The notes beneath the pieces are model-generated. The model saw only the letters and a list, made by a program, of their open reading frames with translations, had not been told where the DNA came from and ran no database searches. This document shows positions 1 to 9,079 of a stretch of 64,000 nt of DNA, piece by piece. The translations under genes were made by a program, and so were the position numbers. Position 1 is the first letter of the stretch; each line of letters starts with the position of its first letter. Source of the stretch: Candidatus Enterousia sp. (GTDB lineage: Bacteria > Pseudomonadota > Alphaproteobacteria > Rs-D84); contig JAZLDI010000005.1 in assembly GCA_045614665.1 (NCBI GenBank), positions 3,738 to 67,737 of the forward strand, read 5' to 3'.

Positions 1-441
1 GAGAATTTGATCGTTCAGAACATTATGGGTGTGTTTACGTATGGTACGTGGTCGTATATTTTTATATACACTGTGTTGATTGCGTTCTTTGCGTATTTCC
101 AGACGGCGGTTATCTTTAATTCCGAAGAGACCAGTAATAATTTGAAGAATGCGGGTGGTTATGTTCCGGGTGTTCGTCCAGGTGAACAGACAATCAAATA
201 TTTGGACGGTGTTGTGTCACGTACAACGGCGATAGGCGTTCTGTATTTGTTGGTAATCTGTGTGTTGCCAATCATCTTGAATACTCACTTGGGAATGCCG
301 GTTGCAATTGGTGGAACCAGTGTGTTAATCGTTGCCGGGGTTGTTCTGGATACAATGAATCAGGTACAATCATATTTGGTCGCAAAGCAGTACAGCGGTG
401 CAATCAAGAAGCCAACTAAAAAGGGACGTTTCCGCGGATAA
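1..441 (+). CDS. secY: Preprotein translocase SecY, C-terminal part (gene begins upstream of window)
   Basis: Frame open from nt 1. SecY C-terminal signatures NLKNAGGYVPGVRPGEQT and GGTSVLIVAGVVLDTMNQVQSYL. Followed by rpsM. Confidence 0.93.
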   Translation, partial: ENLIVQNIMGVFTYGTWSYIFIYTVLIAFFAYFQTAVIFNSEETSNNLKNAGGYVPGVRPGEQTIKYLDGVVSRTTAIGVLYLLVICVLPIILNTHLGMPVAIGGTSVLIVAGVVLDTMNQVQSYLVAKQYSGAIKKPTKKGRFRG

Positions 442-466
442 TTTAAACCGTGTGGGACAAAAGAAT

Positions 467-494
467 TTGACTTTTGTCGCATTTTATATAAAAT
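467..494 (+). promoter_or_regulatory. Putative sigma70 promoter for rpsM-rpsK (TTGACT-N16-TAAAAT)
   Basis: TTGACT at 467-472 and TAAAAT at 489-494, about 110 nt upstream of rpsM. Confidence 0.45.
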
Positions 495-605
495 AGTGCG
501 GCAGAATAGAATAACCGGATGTTTGTGTAATGTGAATATTCGGGGATAAATCCGGGATGCGGGTGGACGCATTCCGACCGTTAAACAAAACAAGGAAAAT
601 GAAAA

Positions 606-983
606 ATGGCACGTATAGCAGGTGTGAATATTCCGACAGAAAAGCGCATCGAAATCGCGTTGCAGTACATTCACGGTATTGGCCCGGCCAAATCCGCACA
701 AATCTGCAAGGCTTTGAAACTGAAAGATGGTTTGCGCGCAAAAGATCTGACGGACGAAGATGTTATTAAGATTTCTAAATACATCGAAGAAAACTTTAAA
801 GTAGAAGGTGATGTTCGTCGCGAAGTGGCAATGAACATCAAACGTTTGCAGGACTTGAAGGCGTATCGTGGTATCCGTCATCGTAACCGTTTGCCGGTTC
901 GTGGTCAGCGTACCCAGACAAATGCTCGTACACGTAAAGGTAAGCGTGTAGTAGTTGCAGGTTCCGCAACCAAAGGTAAGTAA
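606..983 (+). CDS. rpsM: 30S ribosomal protein S13
   Basis: [30 protein letters not shown]... is a typical S13 N-terminus. 125 aa. Confidence 0.97.
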   Translation: MARIAGVNIPTEKRIEIALQYIHGIGPAKSAQICKALKLKDGLRAKDLTDEDVIKISKYIEENFKVEGDVRREVAMNIKRLQDLKAYRGIRHRNRLPVRGQRTQTNARTRKGKRVVVAGSATKGK

Positions 984-1148
984 AAATTAATCTAACGCCG
1001 CATCTATGCGCGTTGGGCTCTGGTCATGTAGCGTTTGTACACTCCCGTCGCCCAACACACATACCTGCAACGTTATCTTAATTTTTTTGAATAAGGTAGA
1101 GATTAACACCATAGTTAATTGAAGACATCTAAATAAGGAAAAATAAAA

Positions 1149-1532
1149 ATGGCAGTAACAAAAGCTAAAAAGAAAGTCGTAAAAAAAGTATCGCATGGGA
1201 TTGCGCATATTGTTGCGACGAATAACAATACTCGTATCACAATCACAGACCAGTCTGGTGCCGTATTAACGTGGGCAACCGCTGGGGCAAATAATTTTAA
1301 AGGCGCGAAAAAATCTACACCATATGCCGCGACAGTTGTTGCAGACGCGGTTGGTAAAAAGGTCGCCGAAATGGGTATGAAAACAGTAGATGTTTTGATG
1401 CGTGGTATTGGCCAGGGACGTGAATCAGCCGTTCGTGGTTTGGCAAATGCAGGCCTGATTGTACAATCGATTACAGACACAACACGTATTCCACACAACG
1501 GTTGTCGTCCAAAGAAAGTACGTAGAGTATAA
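1149..1532 (+). CDS. rpsK: 30S ribosomal protein S11
   Basis: GIAHIVATNNNTRITITDQSGAVLTWATAG...RIPHNGCRPKKVRRV is a typical S11. AGGAAAA SD upstream. Confidence 0.97.
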   Translation: MAVTKAKKKVVKKVSHGIAHIVATNNNTRITITDQSGAVLTWATAGANNFKGAKKSTPYAATVVADAVGKKVAEMGMKTVDVLMRGIGQGRESAVRGLANAGLIVQSITDTTRIPHNGCRPKKVRRV

Positions 1533-1533
1533 T

Positions 1534-1564
1534 AAAAAATCCCGCCAATTGGCGGGATTTTTTG
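1534..1564 (+). terminator. Rho-independent terminator after rpsK
   Basis: ATCCCGCC-aatt-GGCGGGAT hairpin followed by a T-run. Confidence 0.85.
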
Positions 1565-1789
1565 TAAATGGGCAAAAGCTACTTAAATAATTTATGATTT
1601 TTAGACAACTAAAAAATCGATTTTTGGATTTTCAAATTTGTTTGAAAAAAATAAAAATACTGACCAAATCAAAACGGTGATCTGAAGTCAGCAAAAAAAC
1701 GTGTTTTTTTTTGTGGGTAATTTTGATATACTGGTGCTGAATGCAAAAGAGGGTTTTCCTAGGGGGAATTCATCAAGATTTGAAGGGTT

Positions 1790-2731
1790 ATGAAAATGAA
1801 GAAATTTTTACCCATTTTATTGTTTGTTGGGGTTGTGCCTGCGTTTGCCAATGCGTTGACGTTGGATGATGCGCTACGTGCAACATATACCGCATGTGTT
1901 GGAATTGATGACGAATTGGCGGAATTAAAGCAAATGGCGGGTATAAATACCGCGATTACTGCGGTTGGTGCGGCGACGGGTGCCGGTGCAACGGTTGTTG
2001 GTGTGGTCAAAGCAGGTAAAGACCAAAAGGCAGAAGAGTTAGAGAAGATTTTGGAAGAAATTCGTGACCTATCTAAAAATCAATCTGAGATGACAGATGC
2101 TGAAATTTCGACATTTATGTCCGAATTTAATTTGGCATACGGTACCGCTGTTGCATCAGAGAAAGATGTGGAAACAGAATTAAATAAAACGACGAAACAA
2201 TCGAAAAATTTGGGTAACTGGCGTACGGGGTTGATGGCTGGATCTACGGCGACGAATCTGGCTGGTGCGATTATTGCCGGTAGCAATCAGGTAAAGGGTG
2301 ACCTGGAATCACAAATCAGTGCATGCAAGGATTCAATTAAAAATCTGCGCAATTCTATGATGCAGGCGCGTATGGATGGCACAGATATATCAGAGGCTCA
2401 GTCAATTGTTGATGCGTGTGGTGATTTTGAGTTTTCCGATTTGTCCAAGATTAACACACGTGGACGTGGTGCTGCGATATCGGCGGGCGTTGGTGCGGCG
2501 ACGGGACTTGCGGGTACAATAACATCTGCGGCATCGAATACGGATGCAACGCGAAATGATAATAGTGAATCTGGCAAGCAAAAAGAAAAGAATCTGAATA
2601 CAGCATCTAATATTTTGGCAGGGACGACGACTGCGGCATCTGTGACGGCGACTGTGTTTAATGCGACACAGATAAAGGCAATTAAACAGGTGGCTGAGGT
2701 AGCATCCAAATGCACAGGGGTACTGAAATGA
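1790..2731 (+). CDS. Exported protein of unknown function with Gly/Ala-rich glycine-zipper-like segments
   Basis: Signal peptide MKMKKFLPILLFVGVVPAFANA. Segments AVGAATGAGATVVGVV, GLMAGSTATNLAGAIIAGS and ISAGVGAATGLAGTITS. Stop overlaps the next start (ATGA). Confidence 0.75.
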   Translation: MKMKKFLPILLFVGVVPAFANALTLDDALRATYTACVGIDDELAELKQMAGINTAITAVGAATGAGATVVGVVKAGKDQKAEELEKILEEIRDLSKNQSEMTDAEISTFMSEFNLAYGTAVASEKDVETELNKTTKQSKNLGNWRTGLMAGSTATNLAGAIIAGSNQVKGDLESQISACKDSIKNLRNSMMQARMDGTDISEAQSIVDACGDFEFSDLSKINTRGRGAAISAGVGAATGLAGTITSAASNTDATRNDNSESGKQKEKNLNTASNILAGTTTAASVTATVFNATQIKAIKQVAEVASKCTGVLK

Positions 2732-5700
2732 TAAAGAAATTATTGGCGATATTTTTTGGGCTATTGATTGTTTGTCGTGCTGATGCGGCGGTGTATTTGC
2801 GTGTCAAAAATGGAAGTGCTTTAAAATCAGTTGTTGAAAAGCATTTTACGGATGTAGATGATCAAAAAGATGTTTTGGAGAAATATCGGGATTTGTTGGG
2901 TGATAACGGTGGTATGGGGTTAACCGCGGATGACTTGTGGACTGTTTGTAAGGCGGGTGGTCTGAAAATCAAAAATGATGACGGTAAACAAAAATGCCAG
3001 GCCTTTGTAAACGATTTAACGGCTTTGACCACAGTATATTATCAGGTTTGTGATGTAGATAAAGGTAAGTCGGGAATAACTGCACGTTGTATAGATACAG
3101 TGTTTGATGCGGCAACAGGTGATAAGCAAATAGAAGTTACGACGCGTGCAGCAATTAATTTGGCAAAAGCGCATGCAAAGAAAGCGTATAATGATACTGT
3201 TGAATGTCTGGATTTTGCGCGCACAAAATCAAATGATGATTTTATAGCCTGTAAATCTACGAAATCAAACAATACATATTATGAATATAGATTTTCTGAT
3301 GCCAAAGAATCGGGTGATTTAAAAGTGCAATATGGTGTAGAGGCGGGAATCTGTGCAATATATGGTTTGGACTATACAAGGGCAGGCTCGTCCAGTACGG
3401 GATCTGTTAGTGCGGGTATTGTAACTAGCACAGTATCGTGGCCGTCATATTGTCGTACCAAGGATGCCAACCTGTGTAAAAAGATAAATACGACAGCAAC
3501 AAGTTTTGGTTATAGTGTCAAATATAATAGTTCTTATGGTTGTGTTTTTGAAAGCAATGTGATTCGTGATGCCAAGGATATTAAAAATGACTATGGAAAT
3601 CCGCCAATTAATAATTGGGAGTTTTCAAACGGGGTTAAAAGTATTGAACTTTATGCAATGGGCAGTTTGGATGATACAATTAAAAAATATGTAAAAGCTA
3701 AGATTGCGCCAACACAAATAACCAATTTTAGTTGCGAAAAAAGCCATAAAAGATATGTTCGTGGCGGTTTTGAGGATTCAGAAGACGTTTTGACATGTTA
3801 TGTAAATGGAAAACGTGTTGATTTTGTGTTTGATGATTTGACACAGGCACGTACATGGATTGGGAACAAGAAAATTGCCGGTTCCAAACAGGCGCTGGAC
3901 TGCCTGACTGCAGATGGGGTTTTTGATGGTAAAAATTGTACCGCCGTTGGCAAAGATGTTTGTGATAAATTGCGTCTGTCAAATGATTCAAATTGTCCAG
4001 AGTGTAAAGATATTAAGTGGGATGCAGAACATAAAATGTGTGTTTTGGGTTCAGCTAAGAATGCTGCCAACTGGGGCAAGGCGATAAAAATTGGTACAGT
4101 GGCAGGTACCGCTGTTATTGCGGTTTTGGCAACCGTGTTCAGTGGTGGGACAGCTGCGCCGGGGGCATGGGGAATTGTTATGACGGTTGCAGATGTCGCG
4201 GTTGTTACTGGGGCCACCGTACAGGTCACATCAGAAGCCGTTATGACATTTGGTATTTTTGAACCGTTTGTTAAAAAGGCTAATTCATGTATTCAAAATA
4301 ATGATGTGGCTTGTGCCGAAGATGTTTTGATAAATGAATTAAATAAAATGCAGAGTTATTCTAAAGAATTTACGAGTCGAGAGGCGAGCGCCCTGGACGA
4401 AATATTTGTGAAATTGATTGGTATGTTGCCGGATGATTCAAGATTTTGGACAGATTTCTTTGGCAATCCAGATTTCTTTGATTGTACAGTTCCTAGCAAT
4501 CCGGAAACGTGTGTGGTAAAAGAAAATGCTCAATTTTGGCAGGTTGCCAGAACGGTTGGAAATGTGGCAATGATTGCAGGTGGTTTTTTGAAAATGTTTG
4601 CCACCGTGGGCAGTCAATTATCTAAAACACAAAATGCGGTTCGTGCACGGGTTGTCGATAATATGAGAAGTAAAAGTCCGCTGGCCAAAGTTGTAAATCC
4701 CGGTGGCAGTAATGGTGCATTAGTTTCAAATGATTTTATTAAAAACACGATGAAAATACCCGGTGTGGAAACAAACAGTGCGCTGGTGCGTTATCTGGGA
4801 CTAAAACCGGGAGATGTGTTCTGGCTGATGGACAATGGTCAGGTATTGCGGAATGTTTCTATGGTGCGAAATCTGTGGGGCTTGGTTCCAGTTACAGTTG
4901 GAACGGGTAATATCTTGTATCACAGCAATGATGATGCGGATTTCTTTGTGGTAAAGGGTGGTTATGAAAATACAACCCCAGGTGCTACAGGGCCTGAATC
5001 TCCGGTTGTGCCAGTGGATGATTCTGAAGAATCTGGCACAGGACCAGAAACCAACCCAGGTCCAGAAACAGGGCCAGAAACGGAACCAGAATTGCGGTTA
5101 GAACCAGGTGCCACACCGGTTGAAACTGGGTTGCAAAATCCGGAACGCAATATTAAACCATATGCGGTTGAAAAGCCAATGAACGTTGGTCTGATTGCAA
5201 CGGCGGCAGTTTTGGGCGCAGTTGGTTCAGGGGCTTTGATTGGAGGTTTAATATTAAACGATAAAGATGATGCAAAATTGGTTGATTTATCTGGTGCAAG
5301 AACCCAATTGGAGCGAGACTTGGAAACAGTATTGAATAATGCTAATGGATATTTCTTTGTTGGTGATGATACGCTGAAACTGCTGCCAATGCCGACGGAA
5401 AATAACACAAGTGCAAAAATTGTGAAAGTTGATAATAGTGTGGTTGTGGTTGTAGATTGGCGCGGTCACAATTTGCCTTTCTATATCAATGTGGATACTG
5501 GTTCGTGGGCGCCATTGTTGGGAATTGGAGAAAATGGTGGGTGGTTTAATGTATATCCGACTAAGGGGGCGCCAACGGTTATTGTTGAAATTCAAAATGT
5601 TTTGAATCAACAATTAAAACCGGCGACAGTTGTACAATTTGTTGGTGCAAATGTTTTGGGTTTACAATTTCCAAACATTGCCCCCGCGGCATATGAAATA

Positions 5701-5841
5701 ATCAATGCAGAATTCCCCAACGGAGTTGTAGAAACGTTTAACGGGGTATTTACTCCTGCTGATCAAATATTGTACAATAACAATTATCAACGAATTTTAA
5801 ATTTATTTAATACAGCCGCCCATCTGGGCGGTTTTTTATAG
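2728..5841 (+). CDS. Large exported/membrane protein of unknown function
   Basis: Start chosen at ATG 2728 (MIKKLLAIFFGLLIVCRADA signal), overlapping the upstream TGA. Cys-rich N-terminal half, hydrophobic Gly/Ala segments and a PETG-rich linker (GPETNPGPETGPETEPE). Confidence 0.8.
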   Translation: MIKKLLAIFFGLLIVCRADAAVYLRVKNGSALKSVVEKHFTDVDDQKDVLEKYRDLLGDNGGMGLTADDLWTVCKAGGLKIKNDDGKQKCQAFVNDLTALTTVYYQVCDVDKGKSGITARCIDTVFDAATGDKQIEVTTRAAINLAKAHAKKAYNDTVECLDFARTKSNDDFIACKSTKSNNTYYEYRFSDAKESGDLKVQYGVEAGICAIYGLDYTRAGSSSTGSVSAGIVTSTVSWPSYCRTKDANLCKKINTTATSFGYSVKYNSSYGCVFESNVIRDAKDIKNDYGNPPINNWEFSNGVKSIELYAMGSLDDTIKKYVKAKIAPTQITNFSCEKSHKRYVRGGFEDSEDVLTCYVNGKRVDFVFDDLTQARTWIGNKKIAGSKQALDCLTADGVFDGKNCTAVGKDVCDKLRLSNDSNCPECKDIKWDAEHKMCVLGSAKNAANWGKAIKIGTVAGTAVIAVLATVFSGGTAAPGAWGIVMTVADVAVVTGATVQVTSEAVMTFGIFEPFVKKANSCIQNNDVACAEDVLINELNKMQSYSKEFTSREASALDEIFVKLIGMLPDDSRFWTDFFGNPDFFDCTVPSNPETCVVKENAQFWQVARTVGNVAMIAGGFLKMFATVGSQLSKTQNAVRARVVDNMRSKSPLAKVVNPGGSNGALVSNDFIKNTMKIPGVETNSALVRYLGLKPGDVFWLMDNGQVLRNVSMVRNLWGLVPVTVGTGNILYHSNDDADFFVVKGGYENTTPGATGPESPVVPVDDSEESGTGPETNPGPETGPETEPELRLEPGATPVETGLQNPERNIKPYAVEKPMNVGLIATAAVLGAVGSGALIGGLILNDKDDAKLVDLSGARTQLERDLETVLNNANGYFFVGDDTLKLLPMPTENNTSAKIVKVDNSVVVVVDWRGHNLPFYINVDTGSWAPLLGIGENGGWFNVYPTKGAPTVIVEIQNVLNQQLKPATVVQFVGANVLGLQFPNIAPAAYEIINAEFPNGVVETFNGVFTPADQILYNNNYQRILNLFNTAAHLGGFL

Positions 5842-5911
5842 ACATCTGGGATTTGTATGATAATATCATTTTGCCAGCGGGGTGGGATGTGTAGTAGACT
5901 AAGGAATAAAT

Positions 5912-6238
5912 ATGAAAAAATTTTTATTTGCATCTTTTATGGGGATGGTAGTTTCTATGCCGGCTGTTGCGGATGGTCTGGTGACAGAAACGGAAACCGT
6001 TACAACTGTCGAGGTGGTTGAATATAATTATACCGTGCCACGCTATGTTTCATCGGCCCAGGTTGTTCCGCACAAGCGTCCGTGTGCAAAACGTGCCGAA
6101 CCGGTTCGTATAAAAACACACACAGAAGTTATTGATCATTATCAATTGTATCAGCCGGTAACGATTTATCAGCCGGTGGGACGTGTGTCAACGCGTCGTG
6201 TTATTCGTGCCCCCCAGGTGTGCAATAAATGTTATTAA
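5912..6238 (+). CDS. Small exported protein of unknown function
   Basis: Signal peptide MKKFLFASFMGMVVSMPAVADG. AGGAATAAATATG SD-like sequence. Confidence 0.65.
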   Translation: MKKFLFASFMGMVVSMPAVADGLVTETETVTTVEVVEYNYTVPRYVSSAQVVPHKRPCAKRAEPVRIKTHTEVIDHYQLYQPVTIYQPVGRVSTRRVIRAPQVCNKCY

Positions 6239-6876
6239 CGCTTCTAATAATAGTATTATCAATGAATCCGATGTTAAGATTAAAATTCTTGGAAAAACTG
6301 TTCGGTAAACGCGATGTTGTTATGCCAGAAAAATTAAGCGATGAACGTGCGCGTAAAATTTTGGGGGATTATATAAATCACGTTGTGATGTATAACTTTG
6401 ATACACGCAAATGGAATTGTAATTACTATCTGGGGCACTGTGTTATGACGACGGGTGTTGATTGTGCACGTATGAAACGCGAAATTGAACGTACTCATCC
6501 AAATATTGAATTGGTGGCGGTGGTTGGTATGGCGATTGAAAAGCCGCAGTTAGAATTGTTTACATATATGCCAACGCCCGCCACGCACAGTAATCCGGCA
6601 CCTATGGCGTATGCAACATTTATTACCCGCGATAAGAAATCTGGAAAATTAAATGAATTGCCACAAAAATGGGTGCGTTTGTCAGAATGCACGCATCCTA
6701 ATTTTGTATGTGAGGCAATGCCACAATTGTTGTCCAGTATAGGATATTCTTCGACACCAATGTGGCATATAGATTGGTGTCTGGATGGTCAAAAGATAAC
6801 ACAGCCATTGGTTTCTGTAAAAGAATATACTAAACAAGTTCGTAATTATCTGACTGATTTGCAAAAAAAGAGATAG
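6229..6876 (+). CDS. Hypothetical protein (true start may be ATG 6262)
   Basis: 215-aa ORF with no recognisable motif. Same strand as its neighbours. Confidence 0.55.
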   Translation: MLLTLLIIVLSMNPMLRLKFLEKLFGKRDVVMPEKLSDERARKILGDYINHVVMYNFDTRKWNCNYYLGHCVMTTGVDCARMKREIERTHPNIELVAVVGMAIEKPQLELFTYMPTPATHSNPAPMAYATFITRDKKSGKLNELPQKWVRLSECTHPNFVCEAMPQLLSSIGYSSTPMWHIDWCLDGQKITQPLVSVKEYTKQVRNYLTDLQKKR

Positions 6877-6884
6877 AGGGTAAG

Positions 6885-7073
6885 TTGGGACGGCCACCTA
6901 AGCTTTTGTCAAATGACCAGATTGACACAATTTCCTGTGATTTAGAATTTTCAAAACAAATGATAAAAACACGGAATTTAACGGTTCATGATTTAACCGT
7001 TGTGCTGCGTCATATTGATGTGGTGCGTGATGATTTGATGGCAGCGATAAATGCCCGACAAAAACAAAAATAG
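6885..7073 (+). CDS. Hypothetical small protein (TTG start)
   Basis: GAGGG SD 4 nt before the TTG. N-terminal GRPPKLLSNDQI resembles small HTH proteins (weak). Confidence 0.35.
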   Translation: MGRPPKLLSNDQIDTISCDLEFSKQMIKTRNLTVHDLTVVLRHIDVVRDDLMAAINARQKQK

Positions 7074-7086
7074 CATGAATATTCAA

Positions 7087-7115
7087 TTGACTTTTGTGTG
7101 TTCCTGCTATAAAAT
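7087..7115 (+). promoter_or_regulatory. Putative dedicated promoter for rpoA (TTGACT-N17-TAAAAT)
   Basis: TTGACTTTTGT at 7087 repeats the -35 region seen upstream of rpsM (467). TAAAAT at 7110-7115. Confidence 0.45.
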
Positions 7116-7183
7116 ACGCGGGCGCGAACATAAATGCGCAGCCATTTGGCGAAAATGATAAACTAAGCTAAAAGGAAAAATGT

Positions 7184-8212
7184 ATGATTGAAAAGAACTG
7201 GATGACGTTGATTAAGCCAAAAAAATTGACAATCAACACAGATGAACATAATCCAAACATTGCAACATTGGTTGCCGAACCATTGGAAAAAGGTTTCGGT
7301 TTGACATTGGGTACGGCATTGCGTCGTGTTCTGTTGTCTTCGTTGCAGGGGTGTGCGCCAATCTATATCAAAATTGATGGTGTGCAACACGAATTTTCCA
7401 GCATTTCTGGTGTTCGCGAAGATGTGACTGATATTATCTTGAATTTAAAGGGTGTATATTTCAAAGCCTTGAATGAAGGTCAGCATAAAGCGTATTTGAA
7501 AGTTAAGGGCCCTGCCGTTGTTACAGCCGGTATGATTGAAACAACAGGTGGTGTCGAAGTTATGAACAAAGATGTCGAAATCTGCACATTGGATAAAGGT
7601 GCGAATTTAGATATGGAAATTACATTGGGAACGGGACGTGGCTATGTTCCAGCGTCCGCACATGCAGATGGTTTGCCATTGGGTGTGATTCCGGTGGATT
7701 CTATCTTCTCGCCAATTTTAAATGTCGCAACAGAGGTTTTGCCAACACGTGTTGGTCAGTCGACAGACTTTGATAAATTGGAATTGACAGTTAAAACAAA
7801 TGGTTCGGTATCGCCCGAAGATGCAATTGCATTTGCTGCGCGTATCTTGACAGATCAATTGGTTGTCTTTATCAACTTTGAAGATCCAGCTCAAATCAGT
7901 GCGCCAAGCGAGGATGAAAAAGTTAAAGACGCATTGCCATTTGATCCAAAGTTATTAAAGCATGTTGATGAACTGGAATTGTCGGTTCGTGCAAATAACT
8001 GCTTGAAGAACGATAAAATCAACTGGTTGGGTGAATTGGTTCAGAAAACCGAAGCAGACATGTTGAAAACACCAAACTTTGGCCGCAAATCTTTAAATGA
8101 AATTAAAGTTCAATTAGAAGCTATGGGCTTAGGTTTAGGTATGGAGGTTCCGGGTTGGCCACCAGAAAATATTGCAGAGTTGGCCAAAAAATACGAGGAC
8201 CCCTACAAATAA
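7184..8212 (+). CDS. rpoA: DNA-directed RNA polymerase subunit alpha
   Basis: [14 protein letters not shown]...[30 protein letters not shown]...[14 protein letters not shown]-terminal domain [12 protein letters not shown]. 342 aa. Confidence 0.97.
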   Translation: MIEKNWMTLIKPKKLTINTDEHNPNIATLVAEPLEKGFGLTLGTALRRVLLSSLQGCAPIYIKIDGVQHEFSSISGVREDVTDIILNLKGVYFKALNEGQHKAYLKVKGPAVVTAGMIETTGGVEVMNKDVEICTLDKGANLDMEITLGTGRGYVPASAHADGLPLGVIPVDSIFSPILNVATEVLPTRVGQSTDFDKLELTVKTNGSVSPEDAIAFAARILTDQLVVFINFEDPAQISAPSEDEKVKDALPFDPKLLKHVDELELSVRANNCLKNDKINWLGELVQKTEADMLKTPNFGRKSLNEIKVQLEAMGLGLGMEVPGWPPENIAELAKKYEDPYK

Positions 8213-8235
8213 ATTAAAATATATGGATTCTTGTT

Positions 8236-8285
8236 GTGTTTGTCGGTTCTTATGTAGGTTAACTACACTGCGAACCGTCAAACAC
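8236..8285 (+). other. Long stem-loop 24 nt after the rpoA stop (13 of 14 bp outer stem plus inner GTAG/CTAC stem)
   Basis: GTGTTTGTCGGTTC (8236-8249) pairs with GAACCGTCAAACAC (8272-8285) with one T-T mismatch. No U-run follows. Confidence 0.5.
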
Positions 8286-8381
8286 TTCCAATAATCTCAT
8301 ATCTTTTAATTTCTTGCTTGGCAAGGAGAGGGTGGTTTTTCCTTGCAAAATGTGGAAAATATGATATAAAAGGTACGCAAA

Positions 8382-8501
8382 ATGGCAACAGAAACAAAGA
8401 AAGTTAAAAACAAAAAGCAAAAGTTTTTACAGGGACAGAGTGTTTTTGCACAGATGTTTCGTATGATTTTCTTTGGTAAAGATGGGGCCAGGGTACAGTA
8501 A
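8382..8501 (+). CDS. Possible 39-aa ORF in the rpoA-rplQ spacer (MATETKKVKNKKQKFLQGQSVFAQMFRMIFFGKDGARVQ)
   Basis: ATG preceded by a TTGCAA...TATAAA promoter-like sequence and a weak AAGG. Below the 60-aa cutoff of the ORF track. Confidence 0.25.
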   Translation: MATETKKVKNKKQKFLQGQSVFAQMFRMIFFGKDGARVQ

Positions 8502-8592
8502 TTTTTAATCCCGTGGTTCTGGTGTGAATCAGGTTACGGACGTCTCAAAAAAATCCCATCGGACGGTGGGCAGAAACCAAAAGGAGTAATCG

Positions 8593-9030
8593 ATGAGACA
8601 TATGAAAGCAGGTCGTACATTCAATCGCGACACAAATGCACGCAAGGCCTTGTTTGTTGGTCTGGCAAAAAACTTGATTGAAAAAGAACAAATCAAAACA
8701 ACATTACCAAAAGCCAAAGATTTGCGCAGTGTCGTTGAAAAACTGATTACTCGTGCAAAGAATGATACGGTTGCTAATCGTCGTTTGACGGCATCTGAAT
8801 TAGGTAATAACAGTGCAGCAACGGTTAAGAAACTGTTTGATGTTTTGGGTAAACGTTATGCAAATCGTCCAGGTGGCTATACGCGCGTATTAAAGGCAGG
8901 TTTCCGCTATGGTGATGCGGCGCCTATGGCAATCATCGAATTGGTTGATCGTGACGAAAATGCAAAAAAAGCACCTGTTGTTGCAGAGCCAGTTGTCGAA
9001 GATAAGGCAGCAGAAACAGTTGCTGAATAA
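8593..9030 (+). CDS. rplQ: 50S ribosomal protein L17
   Basis: [45 protein letters not shown]... is a typical L17. AAGGAG SD. Confidence 0.96.
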   Translation: MRHMKAGRTFNRDTNARKALFVGLAKNLIEKEQIKTTLPKAKDLRSVVEKLITRAKNDTVANRRLTASELGNNSAATVKKLFDVLGKRYANRPGGYTRVLKAGFRYGDAAPMAIIELVDRDENAKKAPVVAEPVVEDKAAETVAE

Positions 9031-9045
9031 TGTGACAATAATAAA

Positions 9046-9079
9046 ATAAAAATCCCGGCATCGCCGGGATTTTTATTTT
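9046..9079. terminator. Bidirectional terminator between rplQ and the convergent gene
   Basis: AAAAATCCCGGC-atc-GCCGGGATTTTT hairpin flanked by an A-run and a T-run. Confidence 0.85.

Noticed and set aside
442-605. S4-type autoregulatory pseudoknot in the rpsM leader.
   Set aside because: Only short stems are visible (CCGGAT/ATCCGG, GATGCG/CGCATT) and rpsD is absent from the operon. It cannot be supported by eye.
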